Origin: Macrostomum lignano
Taxonomy: Eukaryota
Reading direction: 5' to 3'
Length of the DNA: 64,000 bases
Assembly: GCA_002269645.1 (NCBI GenBank)
Contig: NIVC01000280.1
Span: 496,001-560,000, forward strand
Part shown: piece by piece, positions 1 to 13,249 of the stretch
Numbering within the stretch: the first letter of the stretch is position 1
Layout of the letters: every line of letters begins with the position of its first letter
Notes under the pieces: generated by a model
Database searches by the model: none
What the model saw: the letters and a program-made list of their open reading frames with translations, nothing else
Told to the model about the DNA's origin: nothing
Program-made: the position numbers and the translations under genes

Positions 1-660
1 TGAAAAGACAGGATTGCTAGCGAGAGGGTTGGACTGACTGTTGGGGTAATTTCATTAAATCCCTCCTGAGCTGGCTGTGTTTGGCCAAATGCAAGCTAGA
101 AGTGCAGCTCCAGTCTGGTGGAGAGAATTCTTGATTATTGTGTTCACCCCTGAGAATTGGCGAATTTTTGCTGTGTGCGAGAAAAGTCGAGCCGAAAAAT
201 TTTTTGAATTATCGACGATGCAAGTTTGCCTTTATTTTGCTCAATTTAATTATACATGAAATTTTCCACACAACAGACAATCTGCAGAGGCGTTGGTGGG
301 CGTTCGCTGCCAAGAACTCGGTGGTCAAGGACTGCTAGAATAACGCTTGAATTCCCATGTTGACATTTTTCGATAAAGGCAAAGTTGTTAATAATATTCT
401 AGTGGTCCTTGAACCGTGCGCATCAGGTTAGGTTACACCATATAGTATCTTACAACATTGCAATTGTAATATAATATTTGTGAAAATTGTAATACTCATT
501 ACACAATACAAGGACCACTAGGACACAATAGTGCATAGATGCATAGATCTACTAGACATTCTTCACAAAATATTGTAACTGATATTAAAATATTTACATT
601 GTATACATTGGCCTTTATTTGCTGGATCGCTCAATGGCCCCTATGTAAACTCTCGATTTA

Positions 661-1122
661 CTCTCAATGTACACTCTCAATGTACACTTTCAATGTACAC
701 TTTCAATGTACACTCTCAATGTACACTTTCAATGTACACTCTCAATGTACACTCTCAATGTACACTCTCAATGTACAATCTTAATGTACACTTTCAATGT
801 ACACTTTCAATGTACACTCTCAATGTACACTTTCAATGTACACTCTCAATGTACACTTTCAATGTACACTTTCAATGTACACTCTCAATGTACACTTTCA
901 ATGTACACTCTCAATGTACACTCTCAATGTATACTCTCAATGTACAATCTCAATGTACACTTTCAATGTACACTCTCAATGTACACTCTCAATGTACACT
1001 CTCAATGTACACTCTCAATGTACACTCTCAATGTACACTTTCAATGTACACTCTCAATGTACACTCTCAATGTACACTCTCAATGTACACTTTCAATGTA
1101 CACTCTCAATGTACACTCTCAA
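661..1122. repeat. 13-bp minisatellite AATGTACACT(C/T)TC, about 35 copies
   Basis: Direct tandem periodicity; it explains the four overlapping MYTLNVHSQCTLS ORFs. Confidence 0.97.
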
Positions 1123-1542
1123 TACACCGGACACAACAACAGAGCAAAGCGTGAAGCAACATGTGAAAGATTTCGAAAAATTTCACGGAACAGCAATAAT
1201 TACTTTAATGATGGATTGACACTAAGTGTTGAGTCTCATTAACTCGTCACGAGTGCGCGTAGCAAACTCAAAAAATTTTTTTGAAATTTTTGAAACTGGT
1301 AAACTAAATTGAAATTTGATAACTTCCTAACTTCTTGTTTGATCTTTTATGGGAATTCTAATGAAGACATCTAAGGAGGATTGCTAGTTGAGTGGGCTAG
1401 CGCATTCCCCGTCATTCACTGTGCAAGTTAAGCAGAATCGGCAACGGTTAGTACACAGTTAGTCAATGGCGGAACAAAATCTGTACAAAATTCATATTTA
1501 AGTGTTTACTGGTGTTTTAATGGTGCTTGACCGGCTGTTTAA

Positions 1543-1605
1543 CAATGTCCATGGCAATGTCCATGGCAATGTCCATGGCAATGTCCATGGCAATGTCCAT
1601 GGCAA
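1543..1605. repeat. 12-bp tandem repeat CAATGTCCATGG x5, just downstream of the GPCR stop codon
   Basis: Five exact copies visible. Confidence 0.95.
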
Positions 1606-1627
1606 GTCAAATACTCGTCGGAGATCT

Positions 1628-4600
1628 TCATTGAAAGCGCAGCTGCTTTCGAACGCTTCCGCAGACCTGCTGCTGCTGTTGCCGGCGAAGGCTGCCGCCG
1701 CCGTTGTCGCAGTGGTTCAGCAGCGCCGCCTGGATCCGGCCAGTTGGCCGCTGCGTCATCAGCAGCATCTGCCTGGTCTGGCTCCTGTCCGAGTCCGACT
1801 CGAACCGGACAACTCTGGCCGGCGGTTTCGGCCGCCGCTTCATCATGTAGATCATGTTGCGCCGGAAGTTGCGGCTCCAGACGCAGTAGATGAAGAAGTT
1901 CACCGCCGAGTTGAGCAGCGTGAGCAGGGTGGCCAGCGAGTAGAAGTACGAATAGAACCAGGTGCCTTTCTCGAACGAAGTGTCCAGCAGCACATGCCAG
2001 ATGGCGCCGGGGGTCTCGGTGGCCAGGAACACTGCAATGATGACCACCAGCATCTTCGTGTCCTCTGTGCGCCGAGTGGCCTCCCGCGTGATGGCAGCCC
2101 GGATGCGGGAGGCCACCAGCAGGCTGCGGATGAGCAGCACGTTGAACACCAGCAGCCACAGCACGGGGCCTACGGACAGGAAGGCCAGGTACATGATCTT
2201 CTTGTACACCAGCATGTACGCGTCGCCGAAGCGTTCGGGCATGGCTTTGCTGCTCAGCACCGGGGGGCATCCGGAGGGCGCCAGCGTGAACTCGAACAGC
2301 AGCGGCACATTGTACACCAGCGCCAGCGTCGTGGCGCCGCTCGCGTACAGGCGGGAACGGCGCGGGTTGCTGCGCCGGCTTGACAGGAAGGGGTTCTGCA
2401 CCACCATGAAGCGGTCCAGAGCCACGATCAGAATCACCCAGTTGCGGCCGGTGCGGGCCACGCTGCCCAGGTACCAGACTAGCGGCAGGGCCGTCTGCAC
2501 CGCCGGCAGGGTGTTCAGCAGGCTCTGCAGGGTCGACCCGTCCTCTGTGCGCACGAGCACGCCGAGGCCCATGTACACCACCGTGTAGGGGGCCGACAGG
2601 GCGATGAACACCATGTCGACTGCGGGTTTTGGGGTGGCAGCTTGATTTGAAATTTGAACATTCAACTGAAAACAATTTCTTAATCAGGTTTGGCAAATGC
2701 CTGACGCAAGGATATTGTTTATTGGGACCAAATATTGAGGGGTTGGGAGAATATTGAGAAATTAGGAGAATTTTGGAGTTGGGAGAATATTGTTGAGTTG
2801 GGAGAATTTTGTTGAGTTGGGAGAATATTGTTGAGTTGAGAGAATTTTGTTGAGTTGGGAGAATATTGTTGAGTTTGGAGAATTTTGTTGAGTTGGGAGA
2901 ATATTGTTGAGTTGGGAGAATTTTGTTGAGTTGGGAGAATATTGTTGAGTTGGGAGAATTTTGTTGAGTTGGGAGAATTTTGTTGAGTTGGGAGAATTTT
3001 GTTGAGTTGGGAGAATTTTGTTGAGTTGGGAGAATACTGTGGTTAGATACCTATGCAGCAGATGAAGAAACATGCCATGAAAAAATCTGTTCAAGAATAT
3101 TGAGCAATGGAAAATCTTGGCCCAGGTAACCATGGAAATTGTAGTGGACAAGTGCTCGTTGGTCAGACAGTCACGATTTGTTGAGTCCCAAGTTCAACAG
3201 GAACTTTTTGCGATTGCTTTTCCACTCGAACTTCACTCAGATCAGCATAGCAACAACTGAGCAACAGACAAACTATTTCGAGACGCAAAAAATTGAGCTC
3301 AAATTTGCTTTGAAGTTTTCTTCAAAACTTTCTCTAGTAGTAATTATTTCTTGTGCAGTGACCCGAGCCGGCGGCGGCGAGGCGGCGAGGACACAGATAC
3401 ACAGCTCACACAGGGTGTACAGCAGCCGAGGACACAGATACACACAGCTCACACAGGCTGTACAGCAGCCGAGGACACAGATACACAGCTCACACAGGGT
3501 GTACAGCGGCCGAGGACACAGATACACAGCTCACACAGGGTGTACAGCAGCCGAGGACACAGATACGCACAGCTCATACAGGGTGTACAGCAGCCGAGGA
3601 CACAGATACGCACAGCTCATACAGGGTGTACAGCAGCCGAGGACACAGATACGCACAGCTCACACAGGGTGTACAGCAGCCGAGGACACAGATACGCACA
3701 GCTCACACAGGGTGTACAGCAGCCGAGGACACAGATACGCACAGCTCACACAGGGTGTACAGCAGCCGAGGACACAGATACGCACAGCTCACACAGGGTG
3801 TACAGCAGCCGAGGACACAGATACGCACAGCTCATACAGGGTGTACAGCAGCCGAGGACACAGATACGCACAGCTCACACAGGGTGTACAGCAGCCGAGG
3901 ACACAGATACGCACAGCTCACACAAGGTGTACAGCAGCCGAGGACACAGATACGCACAGCTCACACAGGGTGTACAGCAGCCGAGGACACGGATACGCAC
4001 AGCTCATACAGGGTGTACAGCAGCCGAGGACACAGATACGCACAGCTCATACAGGGTGTACAGCAGCCGAGGACACAGATACACACAGCTCACACAGGGT
4101 GTACAGCAGCCGAGGACACAGATACGCACAGCTCATACAGGGTGTACAGCGAGCAGCCCTGGCTTTACACACGGTGCCTTGTGGGTTGACATTTCACTGT
4201 ACTATCATAACGCTTAGCTACGATAGCAGTGATAATATAATTCAGTTCATAAAATCAATAACTAATAACAAGCATGCAGCACAGTAGATATCAATAAAGC
4301 TTTCGATAGTACAAAAGAGTTGAAATTGTTCAACTGACGCGAATCATACTAAAAAGAAACTCCAAAGGACACCCAAGGTCGACTGTAGAGTTTTCAAGTT
4401 TAGTCCTGCAACAAAACTTCCTTATGTTTCCATTTTACAGCCTAACAGCTGAAGTGGGGCTGCAAGGAGCTGAAATAGCAAAAGCAAAAAGTATTTAGCG
4501 TTTGGGGAAAGAGGCGACATGCTTTGGGATTGGGATCACCAGTTGGCTCGGGACCGGTGACCCTTAGCAGCCCCGGGGAAACAGCTGCATGGGGTGCAAC

Positions 4601-7600
4601 CGCGGGGGGTCCGGCCAGTCCTGACGGGCTCCGTGAATGGGGAAAGGCAGCGAGTCGGGGAGTCCTTGGAATGCCTGGACGAAAGTGCAAGCTGAGGACC
4701 GCTGTTGCTGCCCCTCGCGGCTTGGTCTGGCACCCACAATTTGGCTTTGGGAAATGCAATTTTTCTTGCACACCGGAGCTCCTCCTGCGACTTCCGCCTC
4801 GTTGACCCTTCCCGCTTCTTTTGCGCCTCTCCACACGGCCTCTTTGCCCTCCCTCATTCTCTGTTCATCTCCCTCACTCTCTGTTCATCTCCCTCATTCT
4901 CTGTTCATCTCCCTCACTCTCATTTCATCTCCCTCACTCTCTGTTCATCTCCCTTACTCTCTGTTCATCTCCCTCACTCTCTGTTCATCTCCCTCACTCT
5001 CTGTTCATCTCCCTTACTCTCTGTTCATCTCCCTCACTCTCTGTTCATCTCCCCCACTCTCCTTTCATCTCCCTCACTCTCCTTTCATCTCCCTCACTCT
5101 CTGTTCATCTCCCTCACTCTCTGTTCATCTCCCTCACTCTCTGTTCATCTCCCTCATTCTCTGTTCATCTCCCTCATTATCTGTTCATCTCCCTCATTAT
5201 CTGTTCATCTCCCTCACTCTCTGTTCATCTCCCTCATTCTCTGTTCATCTCCCTCATTATCTGTTCATCTCCCTCACTCTCTGTTCATATCCCTCATTCT
5301 CTGTTCATCTCCCTCATTATCTGTTCATCTCCCTCATTATCTGTTCATCTCCCTCATTATCTGTTCATCTCCCTCACTCTCTGTTCATCTCCCTCATTCT
5401 CTGTTCATCTCCCTCATTATCTGTTCATCTCCCTCACTCTCTGTTCATCTCCCTCATTCTCTGTTCATCTCCCTCATTCTCTGTTCATCTCCCTCACTCT
5501 CTGTTCATCTCCCTCATTCTCTGTTCATCTCCCTCACTCTCTGTTCATCTCCCTCACTCTCTGTTCATCTCCCTCATTCTCTGTTCATCTCCCTCATTAT
5601 CTGTTCATCTCCCTCACTCTCTGTTCATCTCCCTCACTCTCTGTTCATCTCCCTCATTCTCTGTTCATCTCCCTCACTCTCTGTTCATCTCCCTCACTCT
5701 CTGTTCATCTCCCTCACTCTCCTTTCATCTCCCTCATTCTCTGTTCATCTCCCTCACTCTCTGTTCATCTCCCCCACTCTCCTTTCATCTGCCTCATTCT
5801 CTGTCCATCTTCCTCGTAAGGACTCTATGTATCTACTCTCATCCTCTCTCTTCCCTCTCTCTCCCTTCCGCTCCTTCCCCTATTTTTTGTCGGCCTGTCA
5901 GCCTGCCCAGCAGCACCCGGCCTAAGCAATTAGGCAGCCAAAGAGTAACAGGTCCACTGTTAATCTTCAACGCAGGTGAAACAGTCTTTCTTGGACTTTT
6001 TCAAGACTTTTTAGTTGCTGGGGGCGTGCGTAACCCCCCCTCTGGCACTGTCCCGGCCGTACTCTTGATGGGCTCTGCTGTGCACTGTGGAAGGTCCGCT
6101 TCATCCAGACCTCCCAGCTGCTGGCAGAACCGGCCTACGCAGAGCCGGCGTGTCTGCTCCCAGCTCAACCTCTGCTGAATAATTTACAGCTCTCCATCTC
6201 TCAGTCTCAACCACCCCTACTCCGGCCACAGCCTCCGCGCTCCTCTCCATCAATGCTGCGCGCAATTTTTCAATTTCCATGCACCCCGGGGGATCCAGCT
6301 GATCGACTGGTGACTGAGTTGGCTGTAATTCTTGCGACAGACAGCTGGTGGTTAGGGTAATTAATCACGAGATGCTTGGATAGACACAGGTCAAAGTCAG
6401 ACTTGGGATTGTCAGACTTGGGATTGTCAGACTCGGGATTGTCAGACTCGGGATTGTCAGACTCGGGATTGTCAGACTCGGGATTGTCAGACTCGGGATT
6501 GTCAGACTCGGGATTGTCAGACTCGGGATTGTCAGACTCGGGATTGTCAGACTCGGGATTGTCAGACTCGGGATTGTCAGTTACAGAATTGTCGACATGG
6601 GATTTTCAGACTTGGGATTGTCAAACATGGGATTGTCAGACTATGTCAGACATTAAATTGTCAGACTCGGGATTGTCAGACTCGGGATTGTCAGACTCGG
6701 GATTGTCAGACTCGGGATTGTCAGACTCGGGATTGTCAGACTCGGGATTGTCAGACTCGGGATTGTCAGACTCGGGATTGTCAGACTCGGGATTGTCAGA
6801 CTCGGGATTGTCAGTTACAGAATTGTCGACATGGGATTTTCAGACTTGGGATTGTCAAACATGGGATTGTCAGACTATGTCAGACATTAAATTGTCAGAC
6901 TCGGGATTGTCAGACTCGGGATTGTCAGACTCGGGATTGTCAGACTCGGGATTGTCAGACTCGGGATTGTCAGACTCGGGATTGTCAGACTCGGGATTGT
7001 CAGACTCGGGATTGTCAGTTACAGAATTGTCGACATGGGATTTTCAGACTTGGGATTGTCAAACATGGGATTGTCAGACTATGTCAGACATTAAATTGTC
7101 AGACTTGGGATTGTAAGACATGGGATTTTCAGACATGAGATTGTCAGACGCGGGATTGTCAGACGTGGGATTGTCAGGGATTGTCAGACACGGGATTGTC
7201 AGACATGGGATTGTCAAACATGGGATTTTCAGACAACATGGGATTGTCAGACATGGGATTGTCAGACAACATGGGATTGTCAGACATGGGATTGTCAGAC
7301 ATGGGATTGTCAGACATGGGATTGTCAGACATGGGATTGTCAGACATGGGATTGTCAGACATGGGATTGTCAGACATGGGATTGTCAGACATGGGATTGT
7401 CAGACATGGGATTGTCAGACATGGGATTGTCAGACATGGGATTGTCAGACATGGGATTGTCAGACATGGGATTGTCAGACATGGGATTGTCAGACATGGG
7501 ATTGTCAGACATGGGATTGTCAGACATGGGATTGTCAGACATGGGATTGTCAGACATGGGATTGTCAGACATGGGATTGTCAGACATGGGATTGTCAGAC

Positions 7601-10600
7601 ATGGGATTGTCAGACATGGGATTGTCAGACATGGGATTGTCAGACATGGGATTGTCAGACATGGGATTGTCAGACATGGGATTGTCAGACATGGGATTGT
7701 CAGACATGGGATTGTCAGACATGGGATTGTCAGACATGGGATTGTCAGACATGGGATTGTCAGACATGGGATTGTCAGACATGGGGTTGTCAGACATGGG
7801 ATTGTCAGACAAGTTTACGCTCGTATATTTTTATTGAATGAAAAAGTGGTGAAGTTTTGTCAAGAAAATATTGCGAAGCCCTAGTGCCAGACAAAAAAAA
7901 TAATATCCTGCAGAAATTGTTATTCAAAACAACTGGGCTAAAAATTGCGAGCAGTAAAAATTTTAACGAGCCTCAGAGTTTTAAAAAATATCTATTTTTA
8001 GTTTTAGACAAACAGACGAAATATTTTTTACTGAAAATTCCAGAAAAATATCTGTCTAAGGCTTTAATTTTTAAATGAGTTTCCGTCGCAATTTTTGTAG
8101 AATTGGGTAAAAATAAATAGAAAAATAACGATTCCTTCATTGCTCATTGGAAAACAGAAAATTTGAAAACATCCTTTCATCGCTCGCACAGCTTCGTGGA
8201 ACCTTTAAATTGAATAGCTATATTGCCAGAAAAGGCCTAGAGCGATCTGGCAGCCATCGCAAACTGGCCCCTCTCTCTCTGCCCCAGTGTGAGGCGCTGT
8301 CCAATCAGGACTGGGCGATCTGGTAGCCACCCCATTCTGGCTCCTCTCTCTCTTCCCCAGCGTGAGGCGCTGTCCAATCAGGACTGGGTGAGTTGACAGC
8401 CACCCCATTCTGGCTCCTCTCTCTCTGCCCCATTGTGAGGTGCTGTCCAATCAGGACTGGGTGAGTTGACAGCCACCCAATTCTGGCTCCTCTCTCTTCT
8501 TCAGCTTGAGGTGCTATCCAATCAGGACTGTTTGACAGCCACCCCATTCTGGCTCTTCTCTTTCTTCTCCAGCTTGAAGTGCTGTACAATCAGAACTGGG
8601 TGAGTTGACAGCCACCCCATTCTGGCTCCTCTCTCTCTTCTCCAGCTTGAGGTGCTGTCCAATCAGGACTGGGTGAGTTGACAGCCACCCAATTCTGGCT
8701 CCTCTCTCTCTTCTTCAGCTTGAGGTGCTGTCCAATCAGGACTAGTTTTCAGTTTAGTGCAACTCCAGTTCAGGAGGTGGACGCAAACTGTTTTCCTACT
8801 TGCCTATGCTTCCTTTCCCAGCGAAACAGTTAGCAGACTTGCAATCTTTTTTCGACGCTCGGAAAGAGATTATCTGTGGCACTGTAGCTCAGCTTATTGT
8901 GAGAATTTGTAAAAACTTTTGATAAAAAATGGAAGGAGCAGATTAGCTCGTAAACCATAGCTTTTTTGCAAGCTTTCATGGCAGAACTCATCTCTCCGAT
9001 CTGTACTATAGAAGATGTTTTTGCCCCAGCGACAGAATAAACACGGGATTAGTGCGGTGCACAGAAACTGACTGACTGGCTTTGGGGATCTTGCTGCCAA
9101 ATAAAGAGGGTTAGCAGCTCGAATTAGCGAGGTTCTCTCCTCCTTTCCGCGCCGGTTGACTTCTCCCTCTCCTCTCTGGCTACAGAAATTTCCCGCGCAG
9201 GCTTCACTAGTTGCTGATTTTTGATCGAAGCGGCAGCAAATCCCCTTGGGGAAAACGATTGAAGAAAGAGAAGCTGATGGGGTTCAGAAATTCGCCTCAT
9301 CATCGTGTACTTATTAACATATAAACTGCTGTCGATTTCGAGTTTCTTGACTAGTCTGACTGCCACTGTTCGCCCTGGCTTGCTCTGGTGTGCGGGAATT
9401 TGTGTCTGGAGCGTGTTTGAGGACACTGGCAGACTGTGTCCGGGAGGAGTTGTGTCTGGAGTGTGTTTGAGGACACTGGCAGACTGTGCCCGGGGGGGGG
9501 AGTTTGTGTCTGGAGTGTGTTTGAGGACACTGGCAGACTGTGTCCGGGGGGGGAGTTTGTGTCTGGAGTGTGTTTGAGGACACTGGCAGACTGTGTCCGG
9601 GGGGGGAGTTTGTGTCTGGAGTGTGTTTGAGGACACTGGCAGACTGTGTCCGGGGGGGGGAGTTTGTGTCTGGAGTGTGTTTGAGGACACTGGCAGACTG
9701 TGTCCGGTGGGGGGAGTTTGTGTCTGGAGTGTGTTTGAGGACACTGGCAGACTGTGTCCGGGGGGGGAGTTTGTGTCTGGAGTGTGTTTGAGGACACTGG
9801 CAGACTGTGTCCGGGGGGGGAGTTTGTGTCTGGAGTGTGTTTGAGGACACTGGCAGACTGTGTCCGGGGGGGAGTTTGTGTCTGGAGTGTGTTTGAGGAC
9901 ACTGGCAGACTGTGTCCGGGGGGGAGTTTGTGTCTGGAGTGTGTTTGAGGACACTGGCAGACTGTGTCCGGGGTGAGGTTGTGTCTGGAGTGTGTGTGAG
10001 GACACTGGCAGACTGTGTCCGGGGTGAGGTTGTGTCTGGAGTGTGTGTGAGGACACTGGCAGACTGTGTCCGGGGTGAGGTTGTGTCTGGAGTGTGTGTG
10101 AGGACACTGGCAGACTGTGTCCGGGGTGAGGTTGTGTCTGGAGTGTGTGTGAGGACACTGGTATACTGTGTCCGGGGGAGTTGTGTCTGCAGTGTGTTTG
10201 AGAACACTGGCAGACTGTGTCCGGGGGGAGTTGTGTCTGGAGTGTGTGTGAGGACACTGGCAGACTGTGTCCGGAGGGAGTTGTGTCTGCAGTGTGTTTG
10301 AGGACACTGGCAGACTGTGTCCGGGACTGGAAATATTAATCAATCAAAGCTATAGTTTCTGGACAGAGAGGCATGTGAGCAGGTGGAAAGTTGGTGAATA
10401 GATGGAGAGGTTTAAGAATAGATGGACAGATTGGTGAATAGATGGACAGATTGGTGAATAGATAAGCGAATTGGTGGACAGGTGGACAGATTGATGGACA
10501 GTTGGAAAATTTGGTGGACAAGTAGACAGATTGTTGGACAGGTGGGCAGATTGGTGGACAGGTGGACAGATTGGTGGACAGGTGGACAGATTGGTGGACA

Positions 10601-11121
10601 GTTGGACAGATTGGAGGACAGGTGGACAGATTGGTGGACAGGTGGACAGATTGGTAGACAGGGGGACAGATTGGTAGACAGTTGGACAGTTTGGTAGGCA
10701 TGGACAGATTGGTGGACAGGTGGACAGATTGGTAGACAGGGGGACAGATTGGTAGACAGTTGGACAGTTTGGTAGGCATGGACAGATTGGTGGACAGGTG
10801 GACAGATTGGTAGACAGTTGGACAGTTTGGTAGACATGGACAGATTGGTTGACAATAATGTAGCATATGAAAGTTCCCCTGTCATTCCCCAGGCTCACAG
10901 ATGGAAAGGGCTAGCAGCAGTACACTCATGGAGGACTTGCGAACGTCTCGCTGCAGCACCGCGATGGACAGCGCATTGAGCATGACGCCCATGGCGGAGA
11001 TGACCGAGGACAGAGCCACGTCCGTCACCAGGATGAAGTTGCGCTCGGCGTCGCTGAAGGAGTCGTTGGCGCCATCAGGCTGGCAGAAGTTGGCCCAAGG
11101 CAGACTTGAGTTCGGGTCCAT
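1628..11121 (-). CDS. Rhodopsin-family (class A) peptide GPCR, FMRFamide-receptor-like orphan; exons 11121-10899 and 2619-1628, about 404 aa
   Basis: Exon 1 encodes an N-glycosylated N-terminus, TM1 (GVMLNALSIAVL) and the start of TM2. It ends at ATC T|GTGAGC; the acceptor is CCCGCAG|TC GAC ATG. The phase-1 join gives LLALSIFDMVF (TM2 LAxxD). Exon 2 has ALDRF (DRY-like) and NSAVNFFIY (TM7). Total 1215 nt, in frame. The 8.3-kb intron is 2620-10898. Confidence 0.9.
2743..3036. repeat. 19-bp minisatellite GGGAGAAT(A/T)TTGTTGAGTT in GPCR intron
   Basis: Tandem periodicity of 19. Confidence 0.95.
3388..4150. repeat. 43-bp minisatellite GAGGACACAGATACGCACAGCTCACACAGGGTGTACAGCAGCC, about 18 copies
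   Basis: Tandem periodicity of 43 (first units 41). Confidence 0.96.
4853..5810. repeat. 20-bp pyrimidine-rich minisatellite CTGTTCATCTCCCTCA(C/T)TCT, about 47 copies
   Basis: Tandem periodicity of 20. Confidence 0.96.
6394..7810. repeat. 15-bp minisatellite GGGATTGTCAGAC(TC/AT) with higher-order blocks
   Basis: Period 15; a variant block recurs three times, followed by a homogeneous ATGGGATTGTCAGAC run. Confidence 0.97.
8255..8745 (+). repeat. About 73-bp minisatellite, 7 copies, containing an acceptor/donor pair and CCAATCAG
   Basis: CCAATCAG recurs at 8301, 8374, 8447, 8518 and onward. Confidence 0.92.
9395..10330. repeat. About 51-54-bp minisatellite (G)nAGTTTGTGTCTGGAGTGTGTTTGAGGACACTGGCAGACTGTGTCC with variable G tract
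   Basis: About 17 tandem copies in two sequence subtypes. Confidence 0.95.
10390..10850. repeat. 10/20-bp minisatellite GGACAGATTGGTGGACAGGT
   Basis: Tandem periodicity, next to the GPCR exon 1 donor. Confidence 0.9.
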
Positions 11122-11376
11122 GCGCCTGGAGCTTGTGAATGGCAGGCTGGGACCGGAGGAGGCTGAGCGATTTCGGGTCGGCCACGGAAGCGGGTGGGCT
11201 TTAAAAACGGGGATTGTCTACCAGCCTCTTCTCCGACCAAATCGGCCTCGGCTGGGCGGGCAGCCAATAAGGGCAGGGGATCCGCCATGCAGTGGGAAGA
11301 ATTCCCAAGCTTAATGTATTTTTTCTCCGGACACGAGTTAAGGCTGCTGTTCCTCGGCTGGAATAAATTATGCGAT

Positions 11377-12020
11377 GAGAATGCAGAATGCAGAATGCAG
11401 AATGCAGAATGCAGAATACAGAATACAGAATACAGAATGCAGAATACAGAATGCAGAATGCAGAATACAGAATACAGAATGCAGAATGCAGAATGCAGAA
11501 TGCAGAATGCAGAATACAGAATACATAATACAGAATGCAGAATACAGAATGCAGAATGCAGAATACAGAATACAGAATACAGAATACAGAATGCAGAATA
11601 CAGAATGCAGAATACAGAATACAGAATACAGAATACAGAATGCAGAATGCAGAATGCAGAATGCAGAATACAGAATACAGAATACAGAATACAGAATGCA
11701 GAATACAGAATACAGAATGCAGAATACAGAATACAGAATACAGAATGCAGAATACAGAATAATGAATACAGAATACAGAATACAGAATACAGAATACAGA
11801 ATACAGAATACAGAATACAGAATGCAGAATACAGAATACAGAATACAGAATGCAGAATACAGAATGCAGAATACAGAATACAGAATGCAGAATGCAGAAT
11901 ACAGAATACAGAATGCAGTATTCAGAATACAGGATACAGAATACAGAATACAGAATACAGAATGCAGAATACAGAATACAGAATACAGAATACAGAATAC
12001 AGAATACAGAATACAGAATA
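11377..12020. repeat. 7-bp satellite GAAT(A/G)CA, about 90 copies, upstream of the GPCR start
   Basis: Tandem periodicity of 7. Confidence 0.97.
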
Positions 12021-13249
12021 GACTTTCCAGTGTCGAGTTCTGAAGTGTCTTCGCGAGAATCTGCGACTTGCCACTTTCCAATTTAAGGGGTGCTTCACTT
12101 ACTCAAGAGGAAGAGCTTCTACATCGCAGTGGTCCTTGGCGTAATGAAGTGCATTTGCGAGCGCCAGCACTCGTTCAGCCTTGCCGTGCTCCCTCCTCGG
12201 TTGATTCTGTCTTCTGCTGTTTCAGACCAACTAGTCTTTAACTAGCTGCGCCGCAAATGAGATGCGACAGCCCTTCAGCGCACGGCACCTTAAGCTAAGC
12301 GGGACTTATGATGCAGTTTTTATAAGAAAGAAATCGAGATTCAAAGGAAAAAAAATATCAAAGCCAGCGACAGTCTCTTTGACAGACGGTAGTAGCTGAT
12401 TTTTTACGAGATCGGACTGCCTACAGTATTGGCGCCCTTGCATCTGTTCAGGAGTCAGAGGAATGGACAGAATCGTGTGTCCATAACCCCTGCAATTATT
12501 ATTACTATGGTAATACGGCATTAGGCGAAGTTATTAATTTTGCAGAGTTTAGTCAATAAATTGTTTTCATTATCGAATATTTCCTTCTGGACTTCTGAAT
12601 TTAAAATGAAGCAAGCATGTGTTTCGCTTGAAGTGGACTCGCATGCTAGCGTATTTGGAATTCTGAGTGCTGAGTGCTCAACGCATCTTGATAAATATTT
12701 AACGATATTTAATGCTTCATCTGCCAGTTTAATAGCAAAGAATTGCTTCAGTTTCGGCTCGGCACTCATCCCAGAGGGCCCTCCGTGCCAAATAATGAGT
12801 GCCTCAGTGCTTTTTCAATCAGCCACTATCAGCTAGTCACTAAGGCGTCCAATTTCCAAAGGGAGGCGCCTCGGGCGGTCCTTGTTGTGATCCTCCGTCT
12901 CAAAGGAAACTCAGTGAATCAGAATCTTAAAGACAGAAATCCCGCCGAATGTGAAGCCCCTGCTCAAGGCAACGGTGTGATGAGGCCAAGAAACCGGAAC
13001 TGAGCTCACCTGATCCTTCATCACGCGCCGACATCTCCGAGCAGCGCTGGTCTGTTTTGAAGCCTATCGGCATTGTACTTTTCAACTCCCGAATATTCGG
13101 GCATCCCTCGTACCAGAATGACGGTAACCTAATTTCATAATTAACTGCCTGAGAGCCCGGCCCTCCAAAGCCAAGCAGTTTGGCAGCCCCGAGGCACCAA
13201 ATCGTGTGCTTCTCCATCCATTAGGCTGGCCGAGAGCCTCAGCTTTGCG

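Noticed and set aside
1502-2696. Overlapping ORFs in other frames of the GPCR, ABCG2, LINE and protocadherin exons
   Set aside because: They are shadow ORFs expected from GC-rich codon usage, with no recognisable motifs.
12306-12769. hAT-transposase-like phrase FFAIKLADE in short minus-strand ORFs
   Set aside because: It is a single weak motif with no further DDE motifs or terminal inverted repeats seen; an HMM search would be needed.
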